Assembly: GCA_002269645.1 (NCBI GenBank)
Contig: NIVC01002393.1
Span: 62,001-126,000, forward strand
Reading direction: 5' to 3'
Length of the DNA stretch: 64,000 bases
DNA from: Macrostomum lignano
Lineage: Eukaryota
The notes beneath the pieces are model-generated. The model saw only the letters and a list, made by a program, of their open reading frames with translations, was not told the DNA's origin and ran no database searches. Positions 33,449 to 43,491 of this stretch are shown here, in pieces (within the stretch, counting starts at the first letter, position 1; each line of letters opens with the position of its first letter). A program made the position numbers and the translations under genes.

Positions 33449-33692
33449 TTAATCCTGATTCAAAACCTTGTTTTCGCAAAATTTAAAATTTCCACGATAA
33501 TGCAAGGAAAGAGACAAGTATAATAAATGTGTTCTAGAAAAAAACTGTAAAATGCAGGTTTATACTCTTTCTTTCATTTAAAACTCAGTTTTTATATTTA
33601 ATTTTTACTTTTTAACCTAAGAATACACAACACTTTGTTCTCATGCGTAAGAAAAGTTTCTTTTTTTATATTTTTTTCCGGTCGCCATCATA

Positions 33693-34074
33693 GAGCCTCT
33701 TCACGGCAATCGGTTCTAGAACCAGAATAAATTCGAGTTCTAGAACCAGAACCAGTGTGAAATGAGGAGCTTCGAACCCATTTTATGTTTGACAGTCTTT
33801 ACAATTTAATTTTGTCGTTCTTTGACTTTTTGTTTCCTCTTGGATATGACAAAAAAGGAATAATTATATAACAATAATAAAAAATTGACGATTTCAAATA
33901 TATTTTACTGTTAAAGTGTAAACTTGACAACGGTTCGAGAAAATTTCTCGAACCATATTCTAGAACCAGAACCATGTTCCGGAACTTATTCTGTTTTTCG
34001 AACCATTGATATGAAGAGCGTCGAACCGGTTCGGAACCGGTTCCGTTTTTCGAACCGGCGATATGAAGAGGCTC
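33693..34074. mobile_element. Putative MITE with GAGCCTCTTCA TIRs and 3-bp TSD ATA (PIF/Harbinger-like)
   Basis: gagcctcttca 33693-33703 and tgaagaggctc 34064-34074; ata on both flanks; internal gaacc/ggttc repeats. Confidence 0.45.
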
Positions 34075-34079
34075 ATATA

Positions 34080-34345
34080 CCCGAAAAACCGCAACTCTGA
34101 AAGCACTTCCTATCAATCATAGACCCGAAATATCATAACTCCGAAAGTTCTAGCAGTGTCCATCATATGCTATTCAAGGACGACAAGTAGTCTTACACAT
34201 GTACTATGTACATGTACATAGTCATCTACTTAAGTCGTCTTTTTGCTATTATTTTGGTTTTCGGAGTTATGATATTTCGGTTTGTGATATTTCGGGTTTA
34301 TGATGGAAAGCGCGCTTTTCGGAGTTGTTGATTTTTAGGGTTTCT
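34080..34345. repeat. Foldback element centred on a perfect 20-bp palindrome
   Basis: ccgaaatatcataactccgaaa (~34125) versus tttcggagttatgatatttcgg (~34259); central actatgtacatgtacatagt (~34203-34222). Confidence 0.7.
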
Positions 34346-35540
34346 GATGCCCCCGGCCCTGGCCTTTTTTCTTTTCCGTGGCGTTTTGGGGGCCGGGGTA
34401 CGGGGAGGGGTGCGGCCCCTCAGTTTGCTCAGTAATGGAGCCCCTCTAGGGCGCCTGAGGGCGCCTAAAGTACATATACTCACATGTCATGCATGATTTC
34501 ACAAGTAACAAATTAATGTTTACTGCCTAATGTTTTCTTTCCCAATCTTCACAGTGCATCATTTCCAGGCCTAAAAATTACAGATTTTTAGTTTTACGTC
34601 CTGTGTTGCATACATGTATGTACGAAAATTACTATAGCGAGAGCGTCAAATTTAACATCTCTTGGAACAAAATTGTTAATTAATCTGCATTAAGTCTTTA
34701 CGTCGCCGATTTTGGGTTAATAACTGCAAATAAAATTCAAATACTTTTATGAATGAGCTCATCGTTTTTTGTCTAAAGCGTTTATGTTAGCCACTGTCAG
34801 TAAACTGTAATCAAGAGAAACAGTACTTGTTTATTTTGAAGAGCAAAATGGAAAAATAATTGCGATACAAAATCGATTCGAGTCGATAAAAAAATCAAAT
34901 TTTGTTAAGATTTTTTTCAGAGCACAAGTTATGAGAAATATATAAGCATACCAGAAACCAGACAGAGAGTAGAAGCTTTAAGGACGCAACTTAATAGTAA
35001 ACTTGTAATAAAGTAAAATCAAACAAGTCAGCAACCAGACACGCTAAATTGAATTGAAACTGAAAAACTAATCATGTAGTTAGTTAATAGTTTGAATTGT
35101 TTTGTACATCAACGCAGACCATAATAAGAAAAATTAAAACCGCGTGGGTTAAAAGTACTTATACTACGAGATTAAAGTGTTATTTTTTTAAACAAATTGC
35201 AGGCTTGACAAAGTAAACGCGGTACGCAAAGTGAAGTGCATTGGATTAAGTGCAGATTAGCAGGCTAAGAACAGAAATGGATGGCCTCAACTTGACAAAA
35301 AGAGAGTACCAAAAAAATTGGCCAACAAAAAATGATACAAAATCGACCGTTGCCATGGAGACGTGATCAGAAATCAAGACGCTTCGCATCAGACTAAACA
35401 GCTGTGAAATTTTGGAGGGGTGCGGAGCAAATTTGTGCAGTGCAATCAAGAGAGGCAAAATTTAAAACCAAGCTAGAAAAAAAAGTTCTCGTCAAATATC
35501 GCGATGATTTATACTAAGACAAGTCGGTTGCCATGGAAAC

Positions 35541-37382
35541 CTACTGAGCGCTGCGAACCGGTTCCAGAGCGAAAGCGTCGTCCAAACAAAGACTGTCAGC
35601 TTTGTCCCGAATGCCGTCAGCTGCAGCGGCAGATTCCTTGCAGTCGCTATCAGCAGAAGACTTCTTCTCCTGCTGCTTTTGCTCCTGCTGGTTCTTCTTG
35701 GCATCTTCCAGCAGCAGAGGCTGCAACTCGGCACTGGACTGCTGCTGCTGTTTGCCATTCTGCAACTTCTTCATCAAATAGTTGAACGGAGTCTCCGCAT
35801 TATCCTGCTGATCCTTCTGCTGAACAGAGTCATCTGGCTTCTGTTGCTGCTGCTGCTGCTGCGGTACATTCCTGCGCCGATTGTACCGTCCAGCATGAGT
35901 CTTAGCCGACCTTGGGTTGCTTCCAGAAGCAGCAAAAGGGGTAGCAGCAGATGCGGCAGGCGGCAACAGAACTTGAGGCGGAGTAATGAAAGCTGGCGGA
36001 GTCTTCAGCTCAGACAGGTCGTGCACGTGAAAGCAGTGAGGCCCGCGCGGGCAGAAGCCGCGATTTTTATAATCAAAGCAGAAAGCGGTCTTGTAGAGCG
36101 GATGACGCCTGGGATCGTGCAGCTCGGCTGGCGAATGAGCGAACTGGCAGGTCTTGCCGCGCGGGCACTGGCCTTTGTCTTGCACGTCGCGGCAGAGCTC
36201 GGTCTTGTACAGAATGTTGTGCATGTAGCCGTTCTTGCGACGCGGAGTAATGGGATAGGACTGCTGCTGATTCTGCTGCTGGTGGCGTGCTGGGGCTGGA
36301 GCTTCCAACTGCTGCTGATGATGCTGGGTGCCAGCCTCCTCTAGTTGCGGGGCCTGATTCTGCTGCACAGGTACAGGATAGTACGAGTATTGCTGATGCT
36401 GGTCGCTGTAGCCTGAACGAATTAAGTGCAGAAAAATAACGATATAGTATGCACATATAATGTACTTGATTGACTACTGATATATACGTATATACAGGAC
36501 GCGACACTCGAGTTTCATGGAAACAAAAGTTTTGAAGGCCACTTTTCGCCGAACAATAGATTACGGAGATTGAAATTATTCTATTATTGCTTTCGATAGG
36601 ATTGGATTAAGACTCACTATATAGAACGTAGAATAAGAAATTTACATAAAATCCTAATTTTCTGACCGAAAAGCTTTATGAATATCCATAGAGCTTTAAC
36701 TTGTATAAGAAAGGCACAGCATATCAACAGATGAACATTGGGTCTGCCTCATATCCAAAAGCAATTATAACAGTTTTTGTGCTGCAAAAATGAAAACTTC
36801 CTATTTCGGTTAGTGTATTTTTCGGCGAAAAGTGGCCTTCAAAACATTTTCCATATATAGATTTAGAGTGTTGCATCTTTGATAGCCCTATTACTAGCAA
36901 ATGGGTTAGTCTGCAATTGGTTTTAGAAAAAATAATATAGAATTTGATAAATTAAAATCACTGACCTGGATAGCCCTGGTAACCGTTGCCATCATAGACT
37001 GGCGTCTGCATCGGATGCTGCAGCTGCATAGGCGGCGGCGGCACCGAGAACTGTGCGGCCGTCAGTGCAGGCAGCATCAGCGGCTGCTGAGAAGTAGCCG
37101 GAGGCGGCGAAGCCACAGTGGCAGCTGCAGGCACAGACTGAGGCGGAGACTCCGGACCTGGTTGTTGAGCAGTCTCAACAGTGCCATTGGCAGCAGCCGA
37201 TGGAGGCGGCAGGGGAGGCTGTGACGACTGCAAATACGGATAGTAGCACATTGATGGAGGCAGAGGCGGCGGCGGCGGATAGTAGGGGTTCACGATGTAC
37301 GGAATTTGCTGCTCTTGCTGTTTTTGCTGCTGCAGAGACTGCGGAGTTGACTGTTGTTGAGCAGAATTAGTCGAAGGTGACA

Positions 37383-37447
<65 letters not shown>

Positions 37448-37839
37448 ATAGCAAAAGCTGCTGCGGCTGCGGCGGCGGCTGCCATGTGCTGGTACTGCAT
37501 GTAGTAGTACGGATCTGCTGGCAGCATCTGCTGCTGCTGCTGGCCCTGGCCGCTGCACGGTGTCACCTGCTGACGATTCGCGGTGCTGTACATCGGATCG
37601 GAGTAAAGCATTGGCACAGCGCCTGGATGGTAGCTCATAGCGTATGGCATAAAATGCTGTTGCGGCTGCTGCTGCTGCTGAATCTGACTGTAGAAGTCCA
37701 TGCCCGAAGCTGTGGCTGTTGAAACAGGCGGCTGCTCTTCGGGGCTGTGGTTGATGTAACAGCGGGCGGTCGCGTCAGTTGAACTAGCCGAAGGCTGAGC
37801 TACAGTCTGCTGCTGCTGCTGCTGGTGATGATCTTCCAT
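35541..37839 (-). CDS. Tandem CCCH zinc-finger RNA-binding protein (TTP/ZFP36-like spacing) with Q/P/A-rich N-terminus, 2 exons, 581 aa
   Basis: Exons 36966-37839 (donor ccag|gtcag, phase 1) and 35541-36412 (acceptor ttcag|gc). Fingers YKTELCRDVQDKGQCPRGKTCQFAH and YKTAFCFDYKNRGFCPRGPHCFHVH are both C-x8-C-x5-C-x3-H, 18 residues apart. Confidence 0.9.
37384..37446 (-). repeat. Pure (CAG)21 coding trinucleotide repeat (polyQ)
   Basis: Uninterrupted ctg run on the + strand within exon 1 of the CCCH gene. Confidence 0.9.
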
Positions 37840-37929
37840 TGTAAGAAATTAAATGCAAATGTATCTTGTTGTTAAATTCAATGCCTATTTCACTATTTAT
37901 CAGGCAGATTCGTATTGAACAACAATCTT

Positions 37930-38070
37930 ACTGCGATAAGGGGCGAGACACGCGGCGCTTTTCTTTTATAGACCAGTTAGCCGGTCCGGCCCACCCCCTT
38001 CCAATTGGCGAGCTTGGCACGGGGTAGTTTTTATTTTGGTTGACCGGCCGGCGGCGCCTGATTGGCCCAG
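37930..38070 (-). promoter_or_regulatory. Probable core promoter of the CCCH gene
   Basis: Minus-strand TATAAAA at 37964-37970, an Inr-like tcgcagt ~30 nt downstream, and CCAAT boxes at ~38001-38008 and ~38061-38065; ~130 nt upstream of the ATG. Confidence 0.5.
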
Positions 38071-38929
38071 AGGGGGGTGGGTTGGGGAGACGGAAAATTT
38101 TATGGTCTTGGGTGGTTCACACTGCCTTGGGGGTGGTGGGGTTGGTTTTGTCGCGGGGACCGGTGTTTAGGGCTGTAAAGTGTGGCGCTGAGGTTGGTGA
38201 GTCATCCCAGCTGGATGTTAGGAGGGACTGGCGGGGTGCAGGCGCACGCTGGTGTTTTAAATCGGAGGAAGGTGAAAAAGCAATGTGGGACTGCGTGCGT
38301 GTTGGTATAGTAATTAGCCGGCAAGCAACGATCGTAGTCAATTAGGGTTCTGTTTGTTTGTCACCTAGGCGAGTGAGTGGCAGTGCAGATATCAAAAGTT
38401 TCGTGCCTTCAAAACAATTGTCGTGTATGAGTAGCACGATGCGGTGCAATTGATGTCATCACTGTGCACACTTTCATAATAGATAGATTCATAAAAGAAG
38501 CCTTCCTAATTTTCTATATTAGGCGACAAAAAATGCCGCACGCTCTTATCTAAGTAATTATATCAATGGAGCTAATTATCATCAAAACTACATGCTGCAA
38601 ACGGATTTTGTCAGAGTATCGTTTTTAATACGCGTAATTCAGGCAAGCTGCTATAATACAATAGTGCTTTAATTAAGTCTCCAATAAACTAAAAATAAAA
38701 ATTAATACGAAACCTTTGCATCATATCACAACTTACCAGTATTTCAATAAATTGATGAATATTGAGTAACTTTGACGAGAATTGCGGACGTGAAGGTGCC
38801 AGGTAAATATTACAGCCACATGTAACTAAAACAACTGCGAAAGAATTTTTATTAAAGCATCTTGGACTTAAACACGCGGGACTAACAAATCGGGATTATT
38901 AAAACAACCGGGGGTAAATCAATTAAAGC

Positions 38930-39335
38930 AACTGGGATTAAAGCAACTGGGATTGAAGCAACTGGGATTGAAGCAACTGGGATTAAAGCAACTGGGATTG
39001 AAGCAACTGGGATTAAAGCAACTGGGATTGAAGCAACTGGGATTAAAGCAACTGGGATTAAAGCATCTGGGATTAAAGCAACTGGGATTAAAGCAACTGG
39101 GATTAAAGCAACTGGGGTTAAAGCAACTGGGGTTAAAGCAACTGGGATTAAAGCAACTGGGATTAAAGCAACTGGGATTGAAGCAACTGGGATTAAAGCA
39201 ACTGGGATTAAAGCATCTGGGATTAAAGCAACTGGGATTAAAGCAACTGGGATTAAAGCAACTGGGGTTAAAGCAACTGGGGTTAAAGCAACTGGGATTA
39301 AAGCAACTGGGATTAAAGCAACGTGGATTAAAGCA
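38930..39335. repeat. 15-bp minisatellite (aagcaactgggatta)n
   Basis: KQLGL and CFNPS repeat ORFs. Confidence 0.95.
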
Positions 39336-39520
39336 GTGTTGATTACAGTAACTAGAATAAAGCATTTGGGGTAGGAGCAACGGGATTTATTTATAGCCTT
39401 TATAGTTCAGAATCAGTTGATCCAGTTTTCACCAGCAGCTCTGAAGAAGCCTCCATTGGAAAAAATGTTTGGCTTGAGAGAGACGTCGATGTCACGCCGA
39501 CTTCCACGAACGAATTCGGG

Positions 39521-40193
39521 TCAAACGAATTCGTTTCCGGAGCGGTTTTGTAAGTACATTGTATAAAAACTCAAAGCGATTCTGCGGAGGTACAGGCCTT
39601 GGATAGTTGGCGTGCCGTCCCATAAGGCGGCTCCATCGACCTTGGTGGTGCAGTCGTAGCTGTCAAGAATTGCTGCTTGCTTGATCTCCCGCTTGAGCCT
39701 GACCAGCCACGAGAATGGCTGCTGGTAGTTCGCAAACTCCACGTTCTCCAGCCACATCTTGGACGACACTCCGTCGAGCTTGACTCCCTCGCTGCTCCAC
39801 TCCACATTCTCCGACATCCACTGCTGCGTCTGGCGGCACACCAAGTTGCTCCTGCTGGCGTCCGCATTGTCGCTCATCACCCAGGCGGCCCTCAGCTTCG
39901 AGCCCACACCCAGCATGAGCTTCCTGCTCAAGGTGAGGAACTTGGCGGCTCTGGCATTGGCGAATGCGGCACAGCGGCGGGGCTGCGAGATCCCTGCGAG
40001 CACTGGCGAGTGTCCGAGTCGAACTGGGCCACCTGCAGGCCGCTCGAGCCAGCCTCGTATAGACACTCGATGATTCCTCTCGGAGTCTGAGTCGCCCATG
40101 CTGTCAGGTTCTCAGGCAGGCACTGTTGGCTGCTCAGGCGGTGCCAGAAGCCCGGCAGGCTCTCGCAATGGACCAGCTGGGTCAGGCAGGCCG
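39521..40193 (-). CDS. Putative secreted PAN/apple- and C-type-lectin-like protein, apparently frameshifted (possible pseudogene)
   Basis: Acceptor ttgtag| at 40194-40195 opens ACLTQLVHCESLPGFWHRL...IECLYEAG...QFDSDTRQCSQG (stop at 39928-39930). This overlaps the 192-aa ORF 39521..40099 (RCAAFANARAA...AAWV...W...W...W...C) in another frame. Domain calls are by eye. Confidence 0.35.
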
Positions 40194-40226
40194 CTACAAG
40201 CAGAGCGGAGACTGGAGTAGCGAACT

Positions 40227-40438
40227 AGCTTCACGCCTTCACATCCCTACTAGCTTCACGCCTTCACATCCCTACTAGCTTCACGCCTTCACATCCCCAC
40301 TAGCTTCACGCCTTCACATCCCCACTAGCTTCACGCCATCACATCCTCACTAGCTTCACGCCTTCACATCCCCACTAGCTTCACGCCTTCACATCCCCAC
40401 TAGCTTCACGCCTTCACATTCCCTCTAGCCTCACGCCT
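40227..40438. repeat. 25-bp minisatellite (tagcttcacgccttcacatccccac)n
   Basis: Units at 40251 and 40276; abuts the acceptor at 40194. Confidence 0.9.
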
Positions 40439-40859
40439 TTATCTGATACATCCCATTGTATACATCACGTAATGAGTGTACAGTAGTTGCTTTGTCTTGC
40501 TGCTAAAATCTATTGTTTCAAATCATTCATTAATGAGCAAAAATATTACAAGCATAATTTATTTAATACTCGTAGTATATTCACTTTTGAATAAGAAAAT
40601 GAATAAGTAAATAAAATTTCCCTCGACTGACTAAACCCTCGAGACGATAGCCAAGTTTTGTGGGTAACCGAAGTCCACTTTTTTATTGCTGTTTGTTAAA
40701 ATCACCTTCATGGCCATAATTGGCTTCTAACAATATAATTGGCGCATTCCTATTGGCTGAGCGGGTACAACTGCGCCCGCAAGGCGTTGGGGCCTGGGGG
40801 AGGGGTTGTGGTTTGCCGGTCGGGGGGCGGGGTGTTCTGAGCGCCTGTCTCCCGATCCG

Positions 40860-42810
40860 CGCCAAAATGATCGTGCCTGCGCCTGTACGTGGCGCTAAAA
40901 TGAGTGCCTGCCGCACTAAAATGAGTGCCTGCCGCACTAAAATGAGTGCCTGCCGCACGAAAATAAGTGCCTGTCGCGCTAAAATGAGTGCCTGTGGCGC
41001 TAAAATGAGTGACTGCGGCGCTAAAATGAGTGCCTGCCGCACTAAAATAAGTGCCTGCCGCACTAAAATAAGTGCCTGCCGCACTAAAATAAGTGCCTGC
41101 CGCACTAAAATGAGTGCCTGCCGCACTAAAATAAGTGCCTGCCGCACTAAAATAAGTGCCTGCCGCACTAAAATAAGTGCCTGCCGCACTAAAATAAGTG
41201 CCTGCCGCACTAAAATAAGTGCCTGCCGCACTAAAATGAGTGCCTGCCGCACTAAAATAAGTGCCTGCCGCACTAAAATAAGTGCCTGCCGCACTAAAAT
41301 GAGTGCCTGCCGCACTAAAATGAGTGCCTGCCGCACTAAAATGAGTGCCTGCCGCACTAAAATGAGTGCCTGCCGCACTAAAATGAGTGCCTGCCGCACT
41401 AAAATAAGTGCCTGCCGCACTAAAATAAGTGCCTGCCGCATTAAAATAAGTGCCTGCCGCACTAAAATGAGTGCCTGCCGCACTAAAATAAGTGCCTGCC
41501 GCATTAAAATAAGTGCCTGCCGCACTAAAATGAGTGCCTGCCGCATTAAAATAAGTGCCTGCCGCACTAAAATGAGTGCCTGCCGCACTAAAATGAGTGC
41601 CTGCCGCACTAAAATAAGTGCCTGCCGCACTAAAATGAGTGCCTGCCGCACTAAAATGAGTGCCTGCCGCACTAAAATGAGTGCCTGCCGCACTTAAATG
41701 AGTGCCTGCCGCATTAAAATAAGTGCCTGCCGCACTAAAATGAGTGCCTGCCGCACTAAAATGAGTGCCTGCCGCACTAAAATAAGTGCCTGCCGCACTA
41801 AAATGAGTGCCTGCCGCACTAAAATGAGTGCCTGCCGCACTAAAATGAGTGCCTGCCGCACTTAAATGAGTGCCTGCCGCATTAAAATAAGTGCCTGCCG
41901 CACTAAAATGAGTGCCTGCCGCACTAAAATGAGTGCCTGCCGCACTAAAATGAGTGCCTGCCGCACTAAAATGAGTGCCTGCCGCACTAAAATAAGTGCC
42001 TGCCGCACTAAAATGAGTGCCTGCCGCACTTAAATGAGTGCCTGCCGCATTAAAATAAGTGCCTGCCGCACTAAAATGAGTGCCTGCCGCACTAAAATGA
42101 GTGCCTGCCGCACTAAAATGAGTGCCTGCCGCACTAAAATGAGTGCCTGCCGCACTAAAATGAGTGCCTGCCGCACTAAAATAAGTGCCTGCCGCACTTA
42201 AATGAGTGCCTGCCGCATTAAAATAAGTGCCTGCCGCACTAAAATGAGTGCCTGCCGCACTAAAATAAGTGCCTGCCGCACTAAAATGAGTGCCTGCCGC
42301 ACTAAAATAAGTGCCTGCCGCACTAAAATAAGTGCCTGCCGCATTAAAATGAGTGCCTGCCGCACTAAAATGAGTGCCTGCCGCATTAAAATGAGTGCCT
42401 GCCGCACTAAAATGAGTGCCTGCCGCATTAAAATGAGTGCCTGCCGCACTAAAATGAGTGCCTGCCGCACTAAAATGAGTGCCTGCCGCACTAAAATGAG
42501 TGCCTGCCGCACTAAAATGAGTGCCTGCCGCACTAAAATGAGTGCCTGCCGCACTAAAATAAGTGCCTGCCGCATTAAAATGAGTGCCTGCCGCGCTAAA
42601 ATGAGTGCCTGCCGCACTAAAATGAGTGCCTGCCGCACTAAAATAAGTGCCTGCCGCATTAAAATGAGTGCCTGCCGCGCTAAAATGAGTGCCTGCCGCA
42701 CTAAAATGAGTGCCTGCCGCGCTAAAATGAGTGCCTGCCGCGCTAAAATGAGTGCCTGCCGCACTAAAATGAGTGCCTGCCGCATTAAAATAAGTGCCTG
42801 CCGCGCCAAA
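40860..42810. repeat. 21-bp minisatellite (aaaatgagtgcctgccgcact)n, ~90 copies
   Basis: Explains the 719, 336, 325, 254 and 218-aa repeat ORFs. Confidence 0.97.
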
Positions 42811-43491
42811 ATAAATGCTAACAACACTGAGTTCGGATGTAGAATTCTTGGCAAACCGCCAGGAAGATCGAAAAACCCGGCAGCCCCGAAACCAGGGCTG
42901 AAGCCCCAAGCTCGCCCCGCCTATCCACCACTTACCGACCGTTTAGTTTTAATGACAGCACCTTGAATAGAGAATAGCTTCTACAGGTTCTCTTCTCTAC
43001 CCCTCATCATCAGCATCACCAGTTGTGGTACGTAAGCCCCTCATGGCCCCTCCAGCTTCCGCCAGAGGCACTCGGATAATGGCATCAAGTTGTGTCCCCC
43101 ACCGACGGTTAAATGGGAGACTATATAGGCTTGTGCGGTCCCGAACTCCAAGCGCATTTCCGCACTAGTCCGGCCACAGACCCCTCCATCAGATTAGTAT
43201 CATCAACCCCGCTAAACATCACTTACTGCATAACCGTGGAAGTATTATAACAATTAAAAAACCCAAAAACAAGTCTATAACTGCATGTTTTTTACGCATG
43301 GTCCAACGCAGCCACACAGACAGGCTTAAGAAGAAGGCTTTGCTATATGTGAAATTTGGTGTTTATTCACCTAAAAATTGAAAGAGAGATTCAATTGTGT
43401 AGTTTGTAGTTGTATTGTATAGTTTCATATGAGAGGGCGCCATTTCATCTGTGGGGTGTCATTTCATCTGAGGGGCGCCATTTTATTTGAG

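Noticed and set aside
26880-33452. piggyBac insertion suggested by the TTAA duplication
   Set aside because: The TTAA flanks TG...CA direct LTRs with gag/pol; no TIRs or piggyBac transposase.
38040-38345. ORFs upstream of the CCCH gene
   Set aside because: Overlap a GC-rich promoter region; no coding signature.
40683-42966. 719-, 336-, 325-, 254- and 218-aa ORFs (AAGTHFS, RQALILV and MSACRTK repeats)
   Set aside because: Open frames produced by a stop-poor 21-bp minisatellite; no unique domain or splice context.
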